Of a stretch of 64,000 nucleotides of DNA, positions 43,463 to 55,655 are shown one piece after another. Below the pieces are notes generated by a model. That model was not told where the DNA came from, searched no databases, and saw nothing but the letters and a program-made list of their open reading frames with translations. The translations under genes were made by a program, and so were the position numbers. The stretch's first letter is position 1. Every line of letters begins with the position of its first letter. Source of the DNA: Takakia lepidozioides (taxonomy: Eukaryota > Plantae > Bryophyta); assembly GCA_030704615.1 (NCBI GenBank), contig CM060732.1, positions 23,560,001-23,624,000 of the forward strand. Reading direction: 5' to 3'.

Positions 43463-44687
43463 TGTTGAGGCCCACCAGATCTATACGGCTTTCCTCTGAA
43501 GCAAAGCTGCTGCAAATGACTCTCAAGAAACCCTAGCACACGGAAGGCTTCGCTCACTCTTCACATCCGCAAGCAAGACTCATGACAGAAAGGAATTTAC
43601 TTGGAGCAATGACGCACAGGCGCCGACAAGGTATTGTATAGACACTCTGGCGTGCTTGATGGACGCAGTCCCTATCGGAGGGTCTTCTATTGTTATGGCT
43701 CTTTTGGTGGTCAGTGCCGGGAGCTAGTGCAAGCGTCACAGATGCAATTCAATGTATCTCACCCCATACAAAACCCTTGAAGCCTGCTACAGAGGTGATG
43801 AGGAGGGGAGGCGCTTCCGAAGCTCGGGTTATATGGAAGAAGAGTGCCGGTTCGTCAAGGACGCAAAGCCTTGTTGATCGAAGAATTGCACTGTTTGACT
43901 GGGTCATACGAAGGAACCTTATCATCTGAGGCCTTATTAAACACGCAATTGCAAATGTGGCAACTGTAAAACTTCGGATGGATCGCTTGAGCTCGACGAG
44001 AGTAGGACGCACGTTGTGAAGCAATTTCAAAACAGCCACCCAAGAGGAAGTCCCGAAACAAAGATAAATTCACGAACAGATCCACAATTCTAGAAATGCC
44101 GCTCTCCGAAAGACGGACAATCCCTCCAGACAATTCTAAGTGCGAGACACACCGGTGGAGGAAGCTCGAAAGCACCCAACAACGGATTCTACCCTTCCGA
44201 AAGAAAACAAATTCGTGGGTTCTCGAGCAACCAGAAAATCAGAGAAGGATCTTCCTCCAGCACTGCAGCAACACAGGCAAAATCGTGCAGACAATCGATC
44301 GACACAAGAAAGAAAGAAAGAGCTTCCTTCCTCTGTCTGCGGAGATAGGTCTGCTGCACGACTATGCCTACGGACTAGGTACCTAAAAGTAGGCAGTAGG
44401 TAGCTAGTGTATTCAAGGCTCTTCGCGCGGCTTTTCTCCCGCGCTAAACCGGCAATACCAGGTCGAAATCTGCCTGTCACCGGCTCCCGGTTCCCGGTTC
44501 CCGAAATATAGGTGCAGAGCGTGACCGGTTGCGTCACCAGTTGTCAGTTGGCCGTTCGGGTTCCGTTTGTGGGAACTGGCAATCAGCTACAAAACTTCCT
44601 GTACGTGAAGCCTGTAGCTAACGCAGGTTTTCTAGGGTTTTGCAATGATCGGTCTTCTTCTTCTCTTCGTCTCCAGTCTGCGAAAGC

Positions 44688-47600
44688 ATGGCAGCAGTGC
44701 GGCAGGCGCGAGTCTGGGTTCCTCGCTCGCTTTCCCGTATTTGTGATTGGGGAAGGGCTCATCCCACTCTTCTGTCTCCTCGTTCGGTGGCCTCCAGGAT
44801 TGAATGCGCTTGTTTAGCTTCGACATTGACATGTCCACCTGCCAAGGCTGCAGTCTACCATGCGCATGGACCACCCGAGAATGTTCTCAAGTCCGTCTCT
44901 ATTTCTCTGCAGTGTTTCCGCATGAGTTAAATTGTCTGGGTTTTTACGTGGTGAATTGAGAATTTGTGACAGTGTAGCCCAAATTTCGTGAGATTCCTTG
45001 TGAGATCGCGCCCCACAACCTTCTGTTGGGCTTGCCTCCGCACCAGGTCGGCTTACAGTGCTTTTAAAGATCTTGGAGTCAGAGGATCTGTGTTTGTAAC
45101 CCAAATCTGGTTATTGTGGTTAACGTGAGAGTGGGAAACAGTTACCAGGGCTGATTCTTGGCTCGTTCCGTCTGTGTCGTAAGTCATAACCTACTAAAAT
45201 GGGGTTTTCTACATACTATATTGTGAGGGTAGCAAGAATGCAACTTCGAAAATATGTTGCAGCTTGTCTAACGAGTGCGAATTCTTTGCTCTATGTCAAA
45301 CTGGTGCCAGATGCACACCTGGAATCACATGAACAAACACTTTTTACTATTGCTATCTTCAGCTTTAAAAGGTTGTCACTTGAATTTGTCACTTGGTTTC
45401 TACTCATTAGCGCACTTTCGTTCTTTTGTTGGCAAGTTCTGCTCTAAAGTCCGTTTACTTTACTCGAAGATGCGGTAGAGCAATCCATCGCCCAAGGCTG
45501 TGGTTGAAGGCCTGGCAAGGTTGTCTGACTACAGAGGAAAGGAGTACCTGCTTTATATGCTCGACAATGTAATGCAAAATTAGATGTCAAAGTTAGTAAC
45601 ACTCGAGCTATGACAAGTGTGCCATTAACCCTCTTGACATTTTACAAAATCATTCTTGATTCCAACATAAATGCATAAAATTCCTGAGGAATGCATACCC
45701 TGTGTGCCTTTCCGAAGATGAAGCTGGCTGAAGCCAAGTTGGGTTTAACGTCATGATTCTAACCAGAACTGACTGTTACTTTTTGACTGAGGATAGGAGT
45801 TACGAAGTGGAAGTCTAAATTGTCCAGGCAAGCCAAAGATGAAGGAAGTGAAATGTGGCATCATATGGAATTTTAGCGAAAGAGTGTTTCATGAAATAAA
45901 GTTGGATTGTTGATAATGTTGCCTGCAGAGTGGTGGAGTTGCCAGGGAGGGATCTACATGACGGGGAAGTGTGTGTCAAGATGTTGGCGGCTCCCATTAA
46001 CCCCTCTGATATTAATCGGGTTGAAGGTCTTCTATCATTCTTTTCCTTCCTACTTCTTTTGGTATGTTGGAAGGCTCAGGTTTCTCTCCCTTAAGGTTCA
46101 TGGGGGGTGGGGTTGTGTAATGGTGTAGAAATGGTTGCAAGAAGAGACATGTCTAACTTCAAATCCACTACAGCAAGACAACATCTAACAGTCCTATCAT
46201 CCACAGTATCCACATTTGCAACAATGTGGGCATTACGAGGAAAAGAGTGGGCATCAAACCAACTAGGACTGTTTGACGTTGTCTTCCTGTAGCGGATTTG
46301 ACGAGACTGGCCTCGGACTGCAAACCTTCTGCACCTTAACACCCCTACTTCCCATGGGCTTATGTGAGACATATCCTAACCCTCCAGAATGCAAAGATGG
46401 GTGTGATTTTCACGGAAACCACCACAAAGTGTGCAAGTGGTTTTGCTTGACAAAAGTATATACCTTGCCCCACACCATACTTATGTTTTGTGTCGTTTGT
46501 TGTGAGGGATATATAGCGGGTCATCTGACTTTGATATTGCCGAACTAACATTGAAAGGACCAAACCTCAGCTCCTGTCTTTTTATCAGCTTTCTAATTAG
46601 AGATACTCGCGTAACAATGTCTATCATGAGAGTCCAATGGTTGGGATGGGAGGTGGGGTATCATGAAGTAGTTTCAAGCCACTGCAAGGGCTGTACGTGG
46701 ACACCAGAATGTGTGGCACCATGTGCAGACTGCGACCACAATAGTGCACCCGCAACTTTCAGTAGAAGACGAGAAATAGCAAAGCCGGGAGACCTCTTTC
46801 GGGTTGTCTCTCTGCACAAGTCTGCGTAATGCGAGTCCCTTAACTCAGATGCTTATTTCTGCGCATTCGAAACCAGAAGGACAGGGAACATAGTCATTTA
46901 ACAGTGTTCAGTTGAGCTTAGACAACTCACTCATTAGGTAGGGATCTCAGCGTGAGGTTTGCCTGTGCTGAGGTGTGGATGATGAAAATGATCATAGAAT
47001 GCTATTCTTCAGAGTGTCCTATGTCTATATCTTTATCCCCTGAATCCAGGAAATTGGAGGCTGCATTCAATGTGAATTATCTAGATGCTGGTGTAAGTGT
47101 GCAGGAGTCTATCCAATCCGACCTTCACTGCCTGCAGTGGGAGGCACTGAGGGCGTGGGAGTGGTCATTGCTACTACGCCTGGAGTTTCCAGCCTAAAGG
47201 TCCATGACTGGGTGATTCCAGCTCAATCCTTGCTTGGTGAGTCTACCTGTAGTGTCCATGAACACCTTTTGGACCAGCTATATTTTCAGAGGATGTGCCA
47301 AGGTTATATTTCGTGTTTTTGTCTTCTACCACTAAGATGGAAGACATGTACTATTCAGAATATCCTTTGGGGCAAGACCTTCATAAAGGGATTTTGCATC
47401 CTCTCATCCGGTTTGTACAAGTCATACTCAAGTTGTGAAAACCTCCTCTACCTCACAAACACTGCTTAATGTACCCTTGTGAAGGTACATGGCGAACTCA
47501 CATTGCCAAGGAAGAGAGTGCTTGGTGTCGAGTGGTCCGGGATGTTCCAGCGGAGTATGCAGCAACTGTCGCCATCAACCCTTGCACAGCACTGCGTATG

Positions 47601-50600
47601 CTCAGTGATGTTGTCCACCTTGAACCTGGTTAGTGTCTTTTCATCCACTTTAGCTTTGAAGTCTGAGGTCTCTGAAATTTTTCGTAAGAGGAGAGTTTCT
47701 CTTCACCTCGATACACATACTATTGCAGTCAACAAGGTAACTGACATAGTAAGAGGGTCGATCATGAAGTATCAAAACAAGATTTCAATGGTTCATTAAG
47801 TGGGTGATCGCATGTATGCTATGGATCGTGTGCTGCAGTGCAGCATCTTCGCTGAAGGGGCCCTTTTCTTGAACGTTCGGTCTCAGGGGACTTGGTGGTC
47901 CAGAATGGGGCAACTAGCATGGTGGGACAATGTGTCATCCAATTAGCACGAATTCGGAATTTGCACTCCATCAACCTAGTGAGGGACAGGTAGTCTGTGT
48001 CTCTTTCTCTCTCTTATGCTTAATATTTTTGTTTCCGCTCAAACTGAGTGCGGGGTCAGTGGCCACAAGGCTACGACAAACAATGTCTTATGAGTACATT
48101 TTTCTTATGCTTAATTTTCGGGCAATGAAAGGGTGAAAAACCATAGAACAAACTTTATTTACCAAGCCAAAATCACAGAGTGCAGCCTGACCAGAGGAGT
48201 GTTGTCCTGCCTGCTACTTTACAAGAAAGTCAAGCCACACCTATAGGTAGAAGAGGAAGAAGCCCTGGACCACCAGCACCTAACTCCAAAATTCCAAGAG
48301 AGGCATGGAGGACTAAGATCATGTCCATTAGAAGCTTTGGAAGGTGGGCTCATCAAATAGGCCAGTGACAGAATAATGACTGTTGAACCAAGGCACAATC
48401 AAAAGCCATGAAACCAGCCAAACCATTCGTCACATCCATCCTACTCATCATGGTTTTCATTTGTCACATCTATTGTCAGCTAAAGGTGGTAGACCCCTAC
48501 AACAAACCCCAGGAGTGAATAATCCTCTTAAGGTATGTCACAGCCACCCTAACAAGGAGCTGGCAAGTCGTCCATTCTTTCAATGTACACATGGAGGATG
48601 TAAGTTGGAGAGAAAGGAAAGGACCACAACATTATGAGCTCTGTGATGTCAGGCAATTGAGCACTTTGTTATGTGGTGTTGTGGTCACAGGCCAGACCTT
48701 GATGAAGTGAAAGCAAGGCTTAAGGCTCTGGGTGCTGAAGACGTGCTCTCTGAAGGAGAAATGAGTGGACAAGACAAAAAGATGTTTCTGGTAGACATCA
48801 TTTTCATCACCTATTACTGACCTGTAGTGAGATAAAATGGATAGGGGATGTGACTTGCCACTGCTTGCAATCACTGCCAGTTGGGCCATGTGGGAGGAAA
48901 AATGACTACAGGCCAGGAGGCCTGTCTTGGTACCCTGCGTCACCTACTGACAGTGCCGGAGGCATTATAACAATGGCATCGTTGCCTCTAGTCCTTGACA
49001 CAGAGCGTATGTCCATATGAAGAGATTACAGCAGCCAGTGGTTAGGGGCTGTTGCTGTAGATCAAATCCGCTTGTGTGATCTTCGGTGAAGGTGCTCGCA
49101 TGTGGTCCACCCAACGGCAGCTGCGACCATGGCCATTGCTTTGTAATCTTTAGAGGAAGAACTGAGGAGTCCAAAGTTGTGATTGGAGCAGTGTTAGATA
49201 CAATTGGTGGGACTAAGGTGCCTGCCCTGTACCAGAAGGCAGAAGCTGTAACATCTAGGCCACATAATCTCTTCCTCATCCATGTGGCTATAGGGAACTA
49301 ATGACATTTGCTGTTGCCAACATGTTGAAGGCTGGTCGACGCGAGCCAAAACTCGGTTTGAATTGTGTGGGTGGATCTGCAGCAAATGCAGTCCTCAAGT
49401 TACTAGGGTATGTTTATGAGCTTTGTTTCCCTTAACTGCAAATAAGTTACCGGTCGGTCTGATCAATAGGCTAAACCCTTTGTCAGTGTGTGTGTGTGTG
49501 TATTTATGTATACACACCTCCAGACGATCCAGTGCTATAATTTCTTCTTGTTTTCTCTTGCATCACAGTTCTTACATGTATCCTTCCTGGGCAGATGAGC
49601 AGAGAGTGCATAATCAAACTCAACAAGAAGTTTGAAAGTGATTGGAGGACGTGACTGCTTGCTGATAATATGCAGGGAAGGGAGCATAATGGTCACGTAT
49701 GGAGGCATGGCCAAAAAGCCCATAACTGTTCCCACTGGGCCTCTGATCTTCAAGGTTTTGATTTTCCTGCTGAAATAGTCTTGTAGTGACCAGCTATTTG
49801 CAATGGACCTTAACATACGTCACGTCCTTGCCATTTTTATGATTTTGTTGCTGATCTTACAGCTGTGGTTAATATTCCTGTTACTTGCTAATGGGTGCGC
49901 ATGCTCATTATGGCCAATACCGAATAAGAACAGATTTGCAATCAAGTTCCACATCTTCATTGAACACCTGGTCACTTGCTTTAAGATTTTGCCCTCCCCA
50001 CCCAAGGCAGACAACTGACTTGGATCATGGCACCTAGTTACCAATTCGATGAACACACATGCTGGGCTCTATACAGTTTTTTAACATCAGTTTTGGCCTG
50101 CATGCACAGGATCTCCGGTTGCAGGGGTTTTGGCTTGAGAAGTGGAAAACCAAGCATACTCGAGAAGAGTTTGCTGTAATGGCCAACTATTTGCTTGGAC
50201 TCATCCGGGATGGCAAGCTTAAATACACGTATGTCACTGCCATCAATGTATATCCTGTCCTAGTTGGTTGGCAACAATTGCAGTTGGGGACTAACTGCTG
50301 TGTCTCGTGAGAAGGAAAAAGATCTGAACTGTAGGGATGTTATATGTGATGGCATTGATGCACCCACCACTCTTGTCCATTTAATAGCTCACCAGGAGCA
50401 GTGATGATATGGTTGTTATTGGGGAAGTGATGACATGAATGTCTGTATTGATACGTAGACAAGGGTTCAAAACCTGTGCTCTGATTCTTGTTATTACCTC
50501 GTAGCTGGAGTCATGGCTTCTTGAAAGAAGGAAAAGTTCTGATGGCGCTGGGTCTTGCTGGGTGATAGAATGGAGAAAGTCCCATTTTCGGACTTCGAGG

Positions 50601-50665
50601 CTGCATTACAAAAAGCCTTGGGCAAGCACGGGAGTGTGTCAAAGCAAGTCCTTATCTTTGACTAG
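44688..50665 (+). CDS. MECR: Mitochondrial trans-2-enoyl-[ACP]/CoA reductase (MDR family), multi-exon
   Basis: Transit-like N-terminus; motifs KMLAAPINPSDINRVEGVYP, GGTEGVG, GTWRTH, INPCTALRML, VQNGATSMVGQCVIQLA, LGLNCVGG, VTYGGMAKKP, LQGFWL; ends KQVLIFD* at 50665. Confidence 0.93.
48025..48102 (+). mobile_element. 78-bp retroposed copy of the same 3'-end family with a 13-bp target-site duplication
   Basis: TCTTATGCTTAAT at 48012-48024 and 48103-48115 flanks ...GGCCACAAGGCTACGACAAACAATGTCTTATGAGTACA. Confidence 0.85.
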
Positions 50666-51099
50666 TTCAGAGTCTTCACCAAGCTGGTTTGCAGTCAGCT
50701 TACAAATCCGTGTGCAAGGTGCTGGGGTAGCAACACTACTAATGTTGAAGGTGTAATAATAACATCATCTTTAAAGCTTTTCAAATGTTGTGTAGCAATG
50801 CCTGCATGTAGGAGAGGGTAAGAGATATATAGCTAATAAGCCCTCGCGGAAATAAAGCTTGGGCCCAGTTTTGGACAGGGTTGGATTGAGAGGAATAGTG
50901 ACTGCTGTATTGCTGTAGACCAGAGATGCATCATGTCATGGGCCTGTGAATAGCTGTGTAGAATAACTCTCAGGCTTGAATTCTGTCAGCTGCACATATG
51001 TAAGAAATTACTTGGTACATACCTCCTTACTATTAAGACTATAAGCCTGCTAAACCTTAGTTGAACTGAGAGGGTTGACTCCTAACAAAGGAGATCTAA

Positions 51100-52300
51100 T
51101 CAAATTTCAAAAGCAGTCCTATCCAAACAACAAAAAGACTTGGCCCAACTATGTGCCCATATAACCATGTAGGTCATGCACTTGGGAAGTCCAAAAGTAT
51201 TTCTACTAGATCCCTCATTGATATTACAGCTGGTAGATGTCCAGTTATGGCCAGCAGCATGAGCGTGGCCTACCTCCCCAAGATACAAGCTTATTGTCCT
51301 ACTGAGAATCTCAATGAATGATATCATTGAGGGATCTAGCAGACAAAGTTTGTACTTCCCAGATTGAGGATGTCATATGTTTACATGGGATGCTTGTGGG
51401 GCAGAGTCTTTCTGTTGTTCTTGTAGGCACTTTTATCAAACTTGATGATGTCCTTTTGGATCCCAGATCTACGCTTACCAATCTCATCTTCGTTATCAAT
51501 CTAGTGCAGCAAAATAGGGCTGCATCACATATCCTGGTAGGGACTCTTGGCAGGAGCAACAAATACATGGGAATTAAACAAGAGAAGCTCTGGTTAAGGA
51601 GGTACACTTGTGGTAGAAAATATCTTCTAAGTAAGCTTCTCCTCTCTTCCATGGATAAATTTTGGGCCCTGATAGGATCTATAAAGGGTACCAAAGAGTT
51701 TGCATATTAGGTGTAGTTATCAAGCTTTATTGGCTCTCTTGTAGAGAGAGACTTTGCGGAGACATGCAGAAAATGTGGTCAAAGTACCTTACACCATGTC
51801 AAGGCGCTGATTGGTGTGTTCTGCTGAGTCATGCTCGTCTTACCTTCCTCTTATGTTGTGCCAAAGCAAAGCAAGAGAGCCAATTGCCATTTGAGGCTTG
51901 TTTCAATCAGCAATAGCAAGAACTTACTAACATATGTTAAAAGTGGTTGTGGGTTCAAAACCGCGTATGTCACCCTTTATGGCCAACCTAATAATACAAG
52001 GGGGAGTTGCTCGGTGTATTGTTTGGGTATTTTGGGCAACCAAGTTGCCCCAATGGCCGTTAAATGAAAGGCACAGAGCCAGGGCTAAGTTATGTTGGCT
52101 TCCACAGGAGTCAATACGTTTCAATCTTGCTTCTCAAGTTTGGTCATGTGGCTCTAGAGAATATCATTAGATCCATCTTGCTAGAGCAAAACCTCTTGAT
52201 ATATATTGCTTGCGGTCCAAAAGTCCAGCCTTGAATTTCATTGTCAGGTCTGAAGGTGCCTGTTATGGAGGGTTGTGTCGACCCTCACAGAAACAGAGAC
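51100..52300 (-). mobile_element. Degenerate unclassified repeat; related fragment at ~42400-42670
   Basis: AAGTGGTTGTGGGTTCAAAACCGCGTATGTCACCCTTTATG (~51940) resembles AAGTGGTCGTGGGCTCAAAGCCACATAGGATGTCACCCATTATG (~42555); both give GDI.GFEPTTT on the minus strand. Boundaries are rough. Confidence 0.35.
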
Positions 52301-52889
52301 AAACCAGCCTATGCAAATAAAAATATCTTGGTTTCATGTGAATCTTGGCATTTGTACTAAAGTTTTTTGCAAAAGTGAAAATGCCCCTCAACATGCTTGG
52401 TCTTTTTCCTAGCACAATCTATATTTGTTTCCAGCCCTTGCCTAGTAGTCCCTAACCAAGTCTTGCTAAATTAGTCTCTGATACTCTCTCCTTCAAGAAT
52501 CATTGTCATTAACAATTTTAGAAGAATAGATATTGTGTTTTGACTTTCTAGTAACTTAAGAACTTGCCCATGTCAGACAAACAAAACATTCTTTTATAGC
52601 CTGCTGCTGCCGAAACAATTATAACTTATAATGTCATTTCACTCCGAAAACTATTGTCTTTCGTTTGGGAGGTCAAAGACACTTTCTAACAACCATAACG
52701 GGGAAATATGGTATCCTAAAGATTTTGAAGGTTTGAAGATTTGAAGGCTGTATGTGCTTTGTGGGCGATAGAGGGATGGAATAGTGTCCGAGTGAGAAGC
52801 TAGTGAGAGAGGATCATCTGAGTAATCTGAGGGTTGGTTAGGGATGAGTTTATCTAAGGCTCTTCTCTCCATGAAGGTTGTTTGTATTA

Positions 52890-54042
52890 GGGCCCTGCCC
52901 CACCTGCAGTTAGGCACCCAATAGTTAGTGTCATTTAAGCTAACTATTGGGTTTAGGTGCCCCACTTACAGTTATACTAACTAGCACTCCCAATAGTTAG
53001 TGCATCTCACTAACTGAGATAGAGTGGTTTGGTGTAAAAGCTAATGGGCTTGAAACAGGTCCTTTAAGCTAACAGGTGCACACGTCTTTGCCATGTTGGC
53101 TTGCCATCTCCTTGACTGTGACGTTCAAGGAGCGAGGAGTATCGGGAGAGTGGACTGTCGTGGAGTGGAGGGTCTGCCTAGATTGAGCTTCGTCGGCGCA
53201 AAGCTGATCTATAATTTGTGCATAATTTTGTATTACAAATTATACATAAATAAATGATTTATTATATATATAAACCGATTGAACGTGGAAATGAGAGTAA
53301 TGGAAATCCTGCAGCCTCCGAAGCTGAACAACAGCCCACCCCCGGCCGCCATTCCATGGCTTCTTTGATGGATATGGAATCCAGGGATTCGAAGCGATAT
53401 TCCACTAGCAGCAGGGGAAGCCCTTGGAGCGGGACATCCTTTTCTTTCTCAAATGCTAACAACAAGTCAATCAATGAGGACGATTTTAGCTCCAACTGGC
53501 GGTCAAGCAGAAGCATTTGGGAGGCTAAAGTAAGCGCGAATGCACCAAGAAAGGGCGGAAAGAAACCTGGGAGCGACTGCTCACAATTCAGGCCCTTGAG
53601 GAGGGGGGAAAATTCATCGTCGCGGAGAGCACATCCTATTTTTATTTTCTTTGCATACTCTAGTTTTAGGGCACCTACTCTGCAGCCAGTCCCCAAAAAA
53701 ATGGTAAGTATGCCATATATAGATTAGTTTTGGTTGAAATCAAGCTCGGAGCATTTGAAGGTCTCATAAGAACAACGTCTCATATGTCACTTGGCAGGGG
53801 CTGTTTTCATAGGAAGCACAGGGCTTGCGTGGAAATAGTGCTCTACGTGGCTGAGAATCGCCATACAAACAGGGCACTAACTGATATCCTGGTGGGGCAC
53901 CATTACATTTAAGTTCTCCAATTAGTGATTCTCTTATTACTGTCAACTGTGAGTGGGGCACTAAATTCAGTTAAGACTAACTGGACACCTAATAGTGAGA
54001 CACTAACTATTGGGAGTACTAACTGCAGGTGGGGCAGGCCCC
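52890..54042. mobile_element. Non-autonomous PIF/Harbinger-type DNA transposon
   Basis: TTA target duplication (52887-89, 54043-45). TIRs GGGCCCTGCCCCACCTGCAGTTAG / GGGGCCTGCCCCACCTGCAGTTAG, plus subterminal CCCAATAGTTAGTG repeats. Confidence 0.88.
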
Positions 54043-55655
54043 TTACCATAGGTCAGTTTTTTTTTCCGTAGTTCCAAAAGGCAATGGGGTGGCAGGTGAG
54101 GACCTGCAAGCAATTAGGGACTTTCTATGGAGACATACTGAGATATTGAGAGGGAGTGGGGGAATCTCCAACAGTTCGGCAGTAGGGATGGTCCAGGCTC
54201 TGCTGGAGTAGGAATGATCGCTCCTGCCCGCTGTTGCAGCAGCAGCTTGAAGCTGGCTCACGCCTGGATAGTCTTCACTTGGAAAATGTGCAAGTTCAGA
54301 TTGTGTGAGCAACTCATAACCTTCAACCAAACTGTCTAAACTGTCTTTTGGTTCTGTTGCAGGGAAGAACGGGCATTTATCAAGGCCACAGTCAAGTGGG
54401 GTTGTATTTCTGCATGCCTGTGCCTGTGGGAGAGGCGGCTGAGAAACAACCTTTTTGACTACAAGAGTGCAAATGTAACCTTCTTCCAGTTTCCCAATTG
54501 TGACAATGTGTTGCCTCTCTCTGGCTACACGATCTGGCGACAGTGACAACTTCCTCGAAGGGTCGGCATAGAATTTTGTCTGCCTTGGGAGTGCTGGTAA
54601 CTATCAGCCCTCACTAGGCTTACCGCGGGCTGGATTTTGCGCAAAGCAGAATTTTTTGTAACCTTGGGATATTCTGGTCTCAGACAGTCTCAGACAGTCA
54701 CAGGGTAACGACAACCTTCACTTCAACCAAACTATGGTGAAGACTGGAGACTCAGCCTTCCCTCCACTGCCACAAAAGCATGAGAGACTAACACCAGTAC
54801 ATGCTTCAAAGCAAATACGTGTGAAGAAGAGGACAGTCTCGGATTTTTCGGGAAGTCCGGGCAGCTTCAAAAAACATCGTCGTTGATGATGTGGCACAAG
54901 AACACCTTATTCCCGCTCTACACTAAAACTAGTCTGCCACCTTCAGTCGTCACTATAACTTCACCCACATATGACAAATTACCTTCACCTCCCTACAGAG
55001 ATATTATTATTTTCCCAAGTCTCAAGTTAAAAAGAGCAAATGGGCAAATATACACATGCAAAAATGATGTAATGCTCAGATAATCCATGTGTATTAGAAC
55101 TTGCCAAAAGCTAACAATTTATAGACTTGAAGGAAAGATACTCTTACATGCCCATGGCTTACGCGGCGGGCAAATAGAGGACTTCTGAGGGTCAGCACCC
55201 CGCTCATCCCCCGACTTTCCTGTGAACTCCTCTTACACCAAGTTAAGACTACGAATTTTACCAAACACTGTTGACATGGCAAGGCCATATGTGCTTCTTT
55301 TCCCCTGCAAGTCTCAAGTAATGGTCCCCTTCCTCCAGGCTCAAGTGATCGATGGGTTGAAACCCACATTGGAGTCCCACTGGTGTGAAATCTGCAGGGT
55401 ACCTCTTTCCTGTTTGAATCCATAGGGGGGTCCGCCCCCTCTGCCGGCATTCTCCCTTGCATTTTAGAATTTAACTAGTAATGTGCTCATATGAATGAAA
55501 CTAGGAGGCATCAAGACTCGGGATGTGAGCTCCACTTTCCTAAGGAAAAACCCCTCTGACTCAATGCAACTGAAAGCTACTAAACCAGGCAGAAATGGGC
55601 ACGTGGATAAAACCCGCCAAGACTGTGACATCTGTGGTGAAGGACCCCTGAGGTT

